Origin: a virus
Strand: one strand, 5' to 3'
Virus record (IMG/VR): IMGVR_UViG_3300050132_000112
Coordinates: 9,356-73,355 of that record
DNA length: 64,000 nucleotides
Under the pieces are notes generated by a model. The model had not been told where the DNA came from. It did no database searches and worked only from the letters and a program-made list of their open reading frames with translations. Positions 37,863-47,900 of this stretch are shown one piece after another (the stretch's first letter is position 1; every line of letters starts with the position of its first letter). Both the position numbers and the translations under genes were made by a program.

Positions 37863-40800
37863 ATGGCAGAAGAAATAGAAGCACCCGTTCAAGAACAACA
37901 ACCTACACCCTATTTAGATAAGGTGTATTCTGCTTTAAAGGATAATCTGTCAGGTTTCAATAAAACACCCGAACAGTTTAAAGAGGCTATGAAAGATAGT
38001 ACATATGCCGCTAAAGCCTATGGCGCACTTAAAGACAATCTTTCGGGGTTTAATAAACCACAGGAAGAATTTTATAAGGAGGTCGGTATATCAAAAAACG
38101 GCTTGCGCAGCGGTGCGCCAAATACCTCAAACTCATTATCAAATGGATTGGGGCTTATCCCAAATTCCCCGCAAAGTATTGATTATAGTCCTGTACTTCC
38201 TCAAAACAGGGCAGATATAAAAGCACAGCAACAAGCTAAACTACAAGCGCAAACAGACCACTTTAAGCAACTAAGGGCAGAACTTGACCCCGAAGCACAG
38301 AAAGGGTTTGATAAGGCGTTAGAATTAGGCAATACCGCTCATCCTGACCAATTAGGCGCACCCACAAAAGAAGATATCGACCACTATAACTTTATGCAAA
38401 CACCCGTAGGTAAAGTATTAGGTACAGCGGGTTATATTGGTTCGGAAGCAACTCATGGCACATTACAGGTAGCTAAAGGGATAGCCCATTTAGCTAATAT
38501 GGCAAACAACCCTGCCGCAGCGTTAACAGGAATGCCTGAACCAACAGACGAAGCGTTCGCCAAAGCCGATAAATTAGCTGATTTAGGCTTAACCGACAAC
38601 GATAAAGCAGGTATTGAGAATATGTCTATCCCTACTGTTAATGGGCATAGGATAGGAATAGGCACAGGAATACAGGCAGCAGGACAATTGGCAAACTTCG
38701 CACCTATGGTTGCCGCAGGCGAGGAAATGGGGCTACCTAAAACCATGTTGTATTTACAGGGGATGGGGCAAATCAAGGAGATTGCTGATAAAATACCCAA
38801 CTTAAATCCATTAGCAAAAGAGGCACTCATACAGGGAGGCGGTTTAGTCAACATGGCATTAGCGGACTTTGGGGGTAAGTATTTCAACAAAGGAGTTTCA
38901 AACGCTGTTAAAGACAAGGTTATTCAAGGAATAGCCGCAGATGCGTTACAAGAGGCCGCAGAAAAAGGATTAGGGGAAGATGGGTATAAAAACTTGTTAA
39001 CTGGTAAGGCGCAATCATTCGCTGAAAAGTTTGAAAGAGCACCAAGCGAAGTTTTAAAGCACTACGTCGATGCCACCAAGACTTTTACTAAACTCAATGT
39101 TGAAAACTATGCAGTCCATAAAGGGGTTGATGCTTTGCAAACCGCCAATGGTGACAAACCTGTATTCAATGAGAATTTGGGTAATTTAGCCGAGAATGAA
39201 ATGAACACGCTAACTAAGCAAGTACCTCTGTTTGGTAGTATCGGTGCATTAGGTGCTGCATCAAAGCTATTGCCTAATTCGGGTTATGAGAATGAAGTTA
39301 CCAAGTCCATTATAGACAATCCTACGCAGGCTAACATTGATAACGTAAAGTACGCCTTAGAACAGCATGGTAACGAGAAAGGGTGGTCACAGGAAGAGTT
39401 AAATGCTACTCACGACCATGTTGATAAAATAGCCAAAGCCGTTCAATCATTGCCACCGACGATTAAGGATAAAACTAAAGCCGTAGGACTGGTTTTGGAT
39501 AGGAATGAGTTACAATCCGAACTTGACCAATCTATTGCAGAACGTAAAAAATTAGACCCTGCGGTTGCGGAATTGCCTTCACCTAAAGAACAATACCTTA
39601 CCGATAAGGTTGAACAGGCTAATGATAAATTGCGTGGCTTAGTGACCGACCAAAAGCCAACCTATTCAAAAGGATTGGCAGTAAATAATGAAGATGGTAA
39701 GTTCTTTAAAACAACGGGCGATACCAAGGAAGAAATTGAGCCAAGCCGTTATGAACTGGAAAGGACTGAACGGGATGCTAAAAAGAAAAACGAAATAACA
39801 GAAGTATCTAACATAAATCAAACAGAAAATGGCAACAATGATGAAAAAATCGGCGGTGGTAATGAAGAAAAAGAAAGCCCCGAAAGCAAAGGTGAAAAAG
39901 AAAGCAATTCAGGGACTACCGAAAATGGAAAAGAAAATGACCAAGAAAGCGGTAGCAATCGGAAAGCAGAAGGGAATGTAGTTAAAGCGGGTGCGGATGA
40001 AACTGTACCCGTTACTAACGACCCTATCCGTCAAAAAGCCATTGACGCTATTACTCATGGCATAATAGGTGACGGTCAAAGAAAGCCGGGGGACGTATCA
40101 CCACGCTTTGACTTAGATATGACTACCGATGAGCAAGAACGTGCCATACGTCATATCATGCAGGGCAAAACAGATAGTAAATCTGCAAGCAAAATGATTG
40201 ATAAGGTTGTTGGGTTTGAGAAGAAAGGCGAATATCCTATTATTGAGGGATTGGGCGGTACTACCGACCGTTCTAAATTTGCTACACCCGAAGAAATACA
40301 ACAGCACATTGACGATGCCAAGTCATTTAAACTGGCAAAAGAACAAGATATTGAAGCCAACAATAAAGGCTTACACGATTTAGGAATAACACACCAAGAT
40401 GTTGCAAGGCATGAGGAATACCTAAATAGCAAAGAAGCAAATCACCAATCAGATGCAGATATTGAAAAAAGAATGTCTGAATTGGATAATTACCCATCTT
40501 TTTCACCCGAAAGACACGAGTACAATCAACTTGAAAAAGAAATGGAAAAACGAGAAAAAGATAGCGTTTTTTCAGTCCCATTGGACAAAGCAAGCGATGC
40601 CATAGATGCGTTGCTGAAAAAAAATAAAGAAATGCCTAATGGGTATGGGGCTTTCATAGAAAAACGTGATGCAAGAGAATCTAAAGCGGTTATTGAAAGA
40701 TACACAACAGATAGGAATGAATTAAGTGAAAGAGATATTAAATCTGATTTTAAAGGGGCTTTAATGGGCAACCCTGATACATGGTATGCCGATGGGTTAA

Positions 40801-43800
40801 AGTTGAGGGAATCGGCTAATTTGGCTGCTGAAAGAGGTATAAATATAGGCGATTTGCTAAAAAATGTTCAGGATGAATTTACAAAGGACGGTTATGACGA
40901 TAAAACATCAAAACAGGTCATAGCAAGAATGTTATCAACTATAATAAATAAAGAAAATGGAAAACAAAACGCAGGAGAACAAGGAACAACCGATAACGGA
41001 CGACCAACTGAAAACACTGCAAGCGATGTACAACGCCCCGAAAATGACGAAAAGGCAAGCGTACCACAAAGTACAGGCGGTGAAACAACACAAAGCAAGC
41101 CTGAAAGCCGAAAGGGAAGTTTAAGCGAAGATAAGGCGAAGCGACTAAAAGAACTTCGTAAAACATTTTCAGGTCAATTAAACGATGTAACCCGTATTCC
41201 TACCTTATTAGCAAATAAAGAGTTTAGGGAATATGCAGGGTTGGTGTTTGAGGACACTTTGGGTGATTTTAAAGCCTTTTCTAAAGAACTGATAGACAAT
41301 GTTGGTGAAAAGATAAAAGAGCACCTACCGAACTTATATAAGGAATTAGGTGGTAAATTACCCGATGAAGAACCTAAAGAACCAACTGGTATCAGGAATG
41401 CGGATGTTGAGACAGAACGGGGCAAAGTTGTACCTCGTGATAAAATGACCAAAGACCAAATCGAGGCAGAGGGTAAGCGTTTAGTTGATGAGGGTGAGGT
41501 TGACCCCGACGAATTGGCTCAACAGGTTATAAAGGATAAAAAGCCTATTACTGCCGAAGAACAAGCGGCGTTGCTTTACCATAAAACAAAACTGAAAAAA
41601 GAACAGCGTTCTATTTTAAAGGACAATGAAGAAAACCCTGATAATGTAACCGAAAATCAAATTAAATACGCTAAAAACGCAGATTTGATAGATGCTAATC
41701 AACAGGCAACTGAAATAGCGGGTAACGTTACGGGTCGTGCTTTGGGCTTTAGAACCGAAACCATGAACGAGGATTTCTCCCGTAATTCAGTTATGCGCAG
41801 GGCTAAGATGGCGAACCAAAATGAACCATTAGAACCCAAGGACGAAAAGGCATTAGAAGCACATACCAAACGTATTGAGGAACTTGAAAACAAACTGTCT
41901 GACAGGGAACAACAGATACGTAAACTATACGAAGACGGCATTGTAAATAAGGTTAACAGAAATGCTCATGCCGAAGAACGTGCCGCCAAGCGGGATGTAA
42001 CGAAAGCATCGTTGCGTAAAGAACGTGAGGGTTTATTGGCAGACTTACATTTAATTGCTAAAAAATCACGTGGAACATTAGGTGCCAATAAAATACCATT
42101 AGACATGGTTGTACCGCTTACTAAGTTAGCACGTAACTATGTTCTTGACGGCGTAGTAACCCTATCAGGCGTAGTGGATAAACTGTACACAGACCTTAAA
42201 GACCATATTGAAGATTTAAACAAGGAAGATATTAAGGATATTGTCAAAGAGCAATTCTCTAACTACCTGCATGAGCAAAATGCACTTCGTTTAAAGCGAT
42301 CTAAAACTTTATTACAGACCAAGCTTGATAAACTTAAAGAGCAAAACACTACGGGTAATGTAGAAAAGGATGTTAGGCGTAAAATAGAAGTAGATAACGA
42401 CTATTTAAAAATACGTGCTGACATCAATAGGGAGCAAACCTTAATCAATAAGAAGATAGCCGACATAGAACAATCTAATAAGTCTACCCAAAGAAAAGTT
42501 GTTGACCTTGCCGTTAAATATGGTAGACAGGCTAAACTTGCCGCTGTTAAGGTGTTAGGTAAATTGGCGGCTGCAGGATTGACTACGTTGACTTTAAAGC
42601 CCATTACAGAGGGTATAGGCACATTTTATTCAGCATTACTACCAAAGATAGCAGATAAGGCTACAATTGAAGGTAAGGGAAATTTAAAGGTTTTAGCGAA
42701 TGCGTATGCAAAGGCAGCAACATTGGGCATGGAGGATGCTTATAAAGAGTTAAACATTAAAAAAGGCGGTCAATCGGATTTGTCGGCATTATATGGCAAG
42801 TTTCAGGTTTCTAAACTACCTGCGGAAGCGGCAGATTTCTTTGGTCACATTCACTCCGCTATAAAAGCACCTGTTAAAAGATTTGCATGGGAATACTCTT
42901 ATGCCAAACGGATGGAAAACCAAATGCGGCAAGGTATCGATGTTCAAGACCCTGTTATAGATGCTAAGAACCGATTGGATGCCTATAAGGATGCTGAGAG
43001 AGCAATATTCATGGGGGATAACGTAATATCTAAAGCCTACGAAGCCGCTTTGTCGCCGATGGAAAAGGGTAGCAGTAACTTCGGGAAAAACATTGCGGCT
43101 ACTGCCCGTATTCTATTACCTTTCGTTAAAGTACCAACCAATATTGCTTTATCAACAGGTCGCCATGCTTTTGGGTTATTGATGGGTGGTTCTAAATTAG
43201 CACAGATAGGCACATCATCAGCGTTGCGCATGGCGGGTGCTGAAAAAATGGCTAAGATTATCCATACGGGCATGGGTGAGTTAACGCCCGAAGAGAGCGA
43301 TATGGTCATGAGAAATCTCAAAGTAGGTTCAATCGGCGGTGCTGCTTTATTATTGGGGTTCTACAATCCTAAAAATGTAGGTGGCTTTTATCAAGAGAAC
43401 GAACACCGTAAAAAAGGCGATGCTGAGGCAGACGCTTTAAAGATATTTGGACATTCCGTTCCTAAATTCCTGACAGAGCACCCGATATTCCAAGCCATGC
43501 AAGTAGGTGCAACATTCAGAAGGGTATTAGATGCCCATAAACACAAAGATGATAATGTGAATGCAGCTACATTAGCAACAGTTTCGGGATTAGCAGAGGG
43601 CATACCGTTGGCTAATGAGGCGAAAACATTTACCGATTTATTCGGAAGCGATACAAAGAAGTTCAATAAGTTTATTTCAAATGTGGTTAAGGGCGAAGTT
43701 GAACCGTCCGTATTACAGGAAATGGCGCAAGTTACCGATACTAAGAACGGTGCTGTAATGTCATTGAATAGTGATAATCAAAATAAACGCTTCCCCGATA

Positions 43801-43886
43801 AGAAACATGGCTTATTGAAATACATGAAGCAAGACCTAATGATAGGTATTCCCGGTGCTCGCAAATACGTGCCTAAAAAACATTAA
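37863..43886 (+). CDS. Large ejection/polyvalent virion protein (2007 aa)
   Basis: Third ejection-module gene; mosaic domains; C-terminal PFVKVPTNI membrane-associated region. Confidence 0.75.
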   Translation: MAEEIEAPVQEQQPTPYLDKVYSALKDNLSGFNKTPEQFKEAMKDSTYAAKAYGALKDNLSGFNKPQEEFYKEVGISKNGLRSGAPNTSNSLSNGLGLIPNSPQSIDYSPVLPQNRADIKAQQQAKLQAQTDHFKQLRAELDPEAQKGFDKALELGNTAHPDQLGAPTKEDIDHYNFMQTPVGKVLGTAGYIGSEATHGTLQVAKGIAHLANMANNPAAALTGMPEPTDEAFAKADKLADLGLTDNDKAGIENMSIPTVNGHRIGIGTGIQAAGQLANFAPMVAAGEEMGLPKTMLYLQGMGQIKEIADKIPNLNPLAKEALIQGGGLVNMALADFGGKYFNKGVSNAVKDKVIQGIAADALQEAAEKGLGEDGYKNLLTGKAQSFAEKFERAPSEVLKHYVDATKTFTKLNVENYAVHKGVDALQTANGDKPVFNENLGNLAENEMNTLTKQVPLFGSIGALGAASKLLPNSGYENEVTKSIIDNPTQANIDNVKYALEQHGNEKGWSQEELNATHDHVDKIAKAVQSLPPTIKDKTKAVGLVLDRNELQSELDQSIAERKKLDPAVAELPSPKEQYLTDKVEQANDKLRGLVTDQKPTYSKGLAVNNEDGKFFKTTGDTKEEIEPSRYELERTERDAKKKNEITEVSNINQTENGNNDEKIGGGNEEKESPESKGEKESNSGTTENGKENDQESGSNRKAEGNVVKAGADETVPVTNDPIRQKAIDAITHGIIGDGQRKPGDVSPRFDLDMTTDEQERAIRHIMQGKTDSKSASKMIDKVVGFEKKGEYPIIEGLGGTTDRSKFATPEEIQQHIDDAKSFKLAKEQDIEANNKGLHDLGITHQDVARHEEYLNSKEANHQSDADIEKRMSELDNYPSFSPERHEYNQLEKEMEKREKDSVFSVPLDKASDAIDALLKKNKEMPNGYGAFIEKRDARESKAVIERYTTDRNELSERDIKSDFKGALMGNPDTWYADGLKLRESANLAAERGINIGDLLKNVQDEFTKDGYDDKTSKQVIARMLSTIINKENGKQNAGEQGTTDNGRPTENTASDVQRPENDEKASVPQSTGGETTQSKPESRKGSLSEDKAKRLKELRKTFSGQLNDVTRIPTLLANKEFREYAGLVFEDTLGDFKAFSKELIDNVGEKIKEHLPNLYKELGGKLPDEEPKEPTGIRNADVETERGKVVPRDKMTKDQIEAEGKRLVDEGEVDPDELAQQVIKDKKPITAEEQAALLYHKTKLKKEQRSILKDNEENPDNVTENQIKYAKNADLIDANQQATEIAGNVTGRALGFRTETMNEDFSRNSVMRRAKMANQNEPLEPKDEKALEAHTKRIEELENKLSDREQQIRKLYEDGIVNKVNRNAHAEERAAKRDVTKASLRKEREGLLADLHLIAKKSRGTLGANKIPLDMVVPLTKLARNYVLDGVVTLSGVVDKLYTDLKDHIEDLNKEDIKDIVKEQFSNYLHEQNALRLKRSKTLLQTKLDKLKEQNTTGNVEKDVRRKIEVDNDYLKIRADINREQTLINKKIADIEQSNKSTQRKVVDLAVKYGRQAKLAAVKVLGKLAAAGLTTLTLKPITEGIGTFYSALLPKIADKATIEGKGNLKVLANAYAKAATLGMEDAYKELNIKKGGQSDLSALYGKFQVSKLPAEAADFFGHIHSAIKAPVKRFAWEYSYAKRMENQMRQGIDVQDPVIDAKNRLDAYKDAERAIFMGDNVISKAYEAALSPMEKGSSNFGKNIAATARILLPFVKVPTNIALSTGRHAFGLLMGGSKLAQIGTSSALRMAGAEKMAKIIHTGMGELTPEESDMVMRNLKVGSIGGAALLLGFYNPKNVGGFYQENEHRKKGDAEADALKIFGHSVPKFLTEHPIFQAMQVGATFRRVLDAHKHKDDNVNAATLATVSGLAEGIPLANEAKTFTDLFGSDTKKFNKFISNVVKGEVEPSVLQEMAQVTDTKNGAVMSLNSDNQNKRFPDKKHGLLKYMKQDLMIGIPGARKYVPKKH
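39829..39981 (+). CDS. Nested +1-frame Lys-rich micro-protein (50 aa)
   Basis: MATMMKKSAVVMKKKKAPKAKVKKKAIQGLPKMEKKMTKKAVAIGKQKGM; A-rich leader. Confidence 0.5.
   Translation: MATMMKKSAVVMKKKKAPKAKVKKKAIQGLPKMEKKMTKKAVAIGKQKGM
40957..41124 (+). CDS. Nested +1-frame small protein (55 aa)
   Basis: MENKTQENKEQPITDDQLKTLQAMYNAPKMTKRQAYHKVQAVKQHKASLKAEREV; leader ATAATAAATAAAGAAA. Confidence 0.45.
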   Translation: MENKTQENKEQPITDDQLKTLQAMYNAPKMTKRQAYHKVQAVKQHKASLKAEREV

Positions 43887-43927
43887 TCCAAAAACCTATT
43901 TTTACGGCAACAAAAAGCAGTAAAAAT

Positions 43928-44377
43928 ATGGCCGTACTAACCTCAGCAACCATCACGCAAGACCCCACAGGTACGCCAGTGACATATACTGATACCTCTA
44001 CGGGCGTAACAGGCTTAATAAGCCGTACATTAACCATAACAGATGCTAACGGCAACGTTTTACAAGTAGTTAATATGGGTTCCACCTTAGTGTATAATTT
44101 CCCAATGACAAAGGATTTATACCTTTCATTTGGCTTAGTTATTATTGATTCAACAGGAACATATCCGTTAACTAAAAACTATCTATCGACCGTATTTTAC
44201 CAAATAGCCTTTTCTAATGCTATCGCTACGTATGGTGCTAATTGCAATCCTAATAAATGTTCGATATACGATAAGTCTTTACAATATAAGACCGCTGCCG
44301 ATATATTCGCTTCAAGGGGATTAGCACCTGCAGCCCAACAATCAATCGACGCTGCTAATAAATACATAGGAAACTAA
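43928..44377 (+). CDS. Tail-associated structural protein
   Basis: Thr-rich beta protein at the start of the tail-fibre operon. Confidence 0.6.
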   Translation: MAVLTSATITQDPTGTPVTYTDTSTGVTGLISRTLTITDANGNVLQVVNMGSTLVYNFPMTKDLYLSFGLVIIDSTGTYPLTKNYLSTVFYQIAFSNAIATYGANCNPNKCSIYDKSLQYKTAADIFASRGLAPAAQQSIDAANKYIGN

Positions 44378-44379
44378 AA

Positions 44380-44931
44380 ATGCCAACGCAAGCACAAATA
44401 CAGCAAACTATCTATTCAGGTCAACTGATGTTCGCCAATTTGGTTAATGTTGACCGTATCTTAGTTTCTAACGGTTTCCAAACAGAGAATAGCGGCTTAA
44501 TAAAGCAGTATCAAAACAACGTACAGGCACTTATTTACAGGCTTAACCTGACCGACTATACCAGTAAGACAACCCAAACAATATATGACCGATTAAACTC
44601 GCTTATAGGGGTTGATACTACCGTTAATACGTTTGACCCTAATTATACCACACCGGGGGTCGTAATCAACAATATTATTATAAACGAACCAATAACATTG
44701 AATAAAACAGCGGCAGACTTGGTATATGATTCGGTTGCAGATGCCTATTATTTACCGTTCCTTAACAATAATGGTGTTGGATTACCTTTAAATAGTGTTC
44801 CAGTATCAGTAGTTTTAAACGGCGTTCAAATAAGCCCCGCCTTAGACGAAACGCATATGCCGCAAAGGTTGTACGGATTTGCTAACGCAACACCCCCACA
44901 AGTCATCACCGTAACCGTAGTAACACCATGA
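44380..44931 (+). CDS. Tail-associated structural protein
   Basis: Synteny with the tail fibre. Confidence 0.6.
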   Translation: MPTQAQIQQTIYSGQLMFANLVNVDRILVSNGFQTENSGLIKQYQNNVQALIYRLNLTDYTSKTTQTIYDRLNSLIGVDTTVNTFDPNYTTPGVVINNIIINEPITLNKTAADLVYDSVADAYYLPFLNNNGVGLPLNSVPVSVVLNGVQISPALDETHMPQRLYGFANATPPQVITVTVVTP

Positions 44932-47900
44932 GAAAACTATTAACTATATTACTACTATTCATTACTTCGGTAAGTTTTGCGCAAACCTATTCAAACACAG
45001 GTACGGCTAACTTACAACGTGCTTTATTCGGCGGTGACACCTTGTACCGTAATAACATGGGTGCTTTAGGGAATGTTAATTGGTATGATAAATATCAAGT
45101 TGATAGATTAATTAACAGTCTTTCTACTGGCTATGTACCAAACTCAAGAACCCTAACTGTTAATGGCGTATCTTTTGATCTAACCAATAATCGCTCATGG
45201 AACGTAGGTACGGTAACAGCATTAAGTAAAACAGATGGTTATGGATTTCTATCAACCCTAACCAACCCGACCATTACACCTAATTTTGCTGGGCGTATAG
45301 ACACTTCTGTAATTGCAAGCCTACTACACTATAACACAACTATCGGAATGGCTACAGCGGCTTATTTGGCGTTAAAAGCACCTTTAGCAAGCCCTGTATT
45401 AACAGGCATTCCCACAGCACCTACGGCTACGTTGGGAACAAATACCAATCAGATAGCTACCATGGCGGCTATACAGGCGGCTATTGCCGGTTCAGGCGCA
45501 GGAAGCGTGTCAACCGTATCAGTGGTAACGGCTAATGGCGTTTCGGGAACGGTAGCCAATCCAACAACTACACCTGCGATTACCCTAACTTTAGGGGCGA
45601 TAACACCAACATCAACAAACGGAGTAAGTGCCGCTACCATGGCTTTTAACGACGCTACAAGCAGCATACAGACACAATTAAATAGTAAACAAGCATCATT
45701 AGGGTTCACACCTGAAAACATGGCTAATAAGACCGCAACCGCATCAGCAAGCACCACTACTTATCCTAATTGGAATGGATTAGAAACGTATGTTGCAGCA
45801 CAAGGGTTTGGCAATGGCACAGTAACCTCTTTTGGTAAGGTTGACCAATTCGGTATAGTGTCAAGTGTAGCCAATCCGACTACCACTCCTGTTTATACGG
45901 CAAAAGTGGATAGTACGACAGTTGAAAGTAAGGTAAACTTTAACACTACTATTGGTACAGCCACATCAACCGCATTATCGGGGAAGCAAGCGACAATAGG
46001 TTATACTACTGAGAATATTGCTAATAAGGCAACCGATTTTACTACTTTAAATAATACATTATACCCAACAACCCAAGCGGTTTCTAATTATGTTTCTGCT
46101 AACTACGTACCATTAAGTAGAACATTAACTATTAATGGTACGACACAAGATTTATCAACAAACAGAACTTTTACAATATCAAGTCTGCCACCATCAGGAA
46201 CAGCGGGAGGGTCGTTAGGTGGTACATATCCTAATCCCACAGTAGTTACGAATGCCAATCTTACTGGTATTGTTACAAGTATAGGAAATGCCACATCCAT
46301 AGCTAATGGTGCAATAGGAAATTCCTTGCTTACTAATTCAAGTATCACAGTTAATGGTACACCAATATCTTTGGGTAGTTCTGTGACGGCTGTTTCATCA
46401 GTAGGCGGTACAACAAACAGAATCACTTCTACAGGTGGTACAACACCAGTAATAGATATCTCTGCATCTTACATAGGGCAATCAAGTATCACTAATGTTG
46501 GTACTATATCTACGGGTACGTGGAGCGGCTTATTTGGAGCAGTTAGTGGGGCTAATCTTACCAATATAACTCCTGCTAATATAGGTACAGGTACTGCACC
46601 AATAAATATTACAGGGAATGCAGCAAGTGTTACATTTAATAGTGTAGTAGGAGGTGGACCTTACCCATTATTGGTTAATAGTGCTGGTTCGGTTGGTTAT
46701 AATTCACTTATTAATGTAGACCCTATTACGAGTACAATTTTTGCCGACCATTTTGCAGGCTCTGCTCTAAGATTAGACACTCCTCGCCTCATACAAGGTA
46801 TCCCGTTTGATGGAACTGCCAATATTAATATAATTAATGGGACAGGGTATGTAAAGTCTACAGGTACAACACTAAGCTATGATAACTCGGTGTTTAATCT
46901 TCAAACGGTTACTACCTTAGGTAATTCTACTACGATTGCGCCATTTTTTAATGGAGGAGCGATGTTTGATGGGAATATCGGTGGTTTTAGTCCGGGTAGA
47001 TTTGATGCTAAAATTACAGCAACAAATGCCGTTACGGGGGGGCATACAATAGTAGATTTGATAAATGTTCTTGCTAATGATGAGGCAGCAATAAACTTTA
47101 CAGGTATGTTAAGCGATAGCTCCTTTGTTCAAATGGGAGCAATTGGGATGTTTTGGGAGAATTTCGACAATAATCCGAGTACTCGTATCCCTACTCTTTA
47201 CTGGCATGGTAATGGATGGAATGGAGATAATGAACCACTTATTCTTAAAAGCTATAATACAGTAGTTTTAGGAGCAGGTGCAACATCTGCATTGCCATTT
47301 AAAGATGCTTATGCAGCTAATACAACGCTTGTAAAAAACAATCTTGTAACAGAATTAAATAACACGTTTAACGGGAGTATACTTGCAGGAACATCAGGCT
47401 CTAACCTTTTATTAGAAAAGTCAACAGGAGCAAGTGTTGTGTTTAATAGAAGTGGAACAATGAACGCTTTAATGGAAGACGATGGAAATAAATTTGGCTT
47501 TTATTATGGCACGTCGCCAACTTTATCACTTACTGTAGGCTCAACAATAGTGGGAAGCGTCCCTATCTCTGCAACAAACTTATCAGGAACAAATACTGGC
47601 GATGAAACTACAGGAAGAATTAATGCATTATATGGATATACGCCTGCTAATGGTGCAAATTATGTTTTAAAATCAGGGGATGATATGACCGGGCATTTAG
47701 GTATAACTGTTACATCTGGCAGCAACTTATATTTGGATAGGTCTACAGGGGCATCAATGGCCTTTAGGCGTTCAGGAACTTTGGCTGCTTTGATAGAAGA
47801 AGATGGTAATGCTTTTGGTTTTTACACAGGTACGGGAAATACTCCTGCCGCATCCATATCACCAACAGCAGCTACTTTTTATGGTAGTCTTTCTGTGCCA

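Noticed and set aside
37863-43886. Virion RNA polymerase as in true crAssphages
   Set aside because: No DxDxD-type catalytic motif in double-psi barrel context was found, and the protein is smaller than expected.
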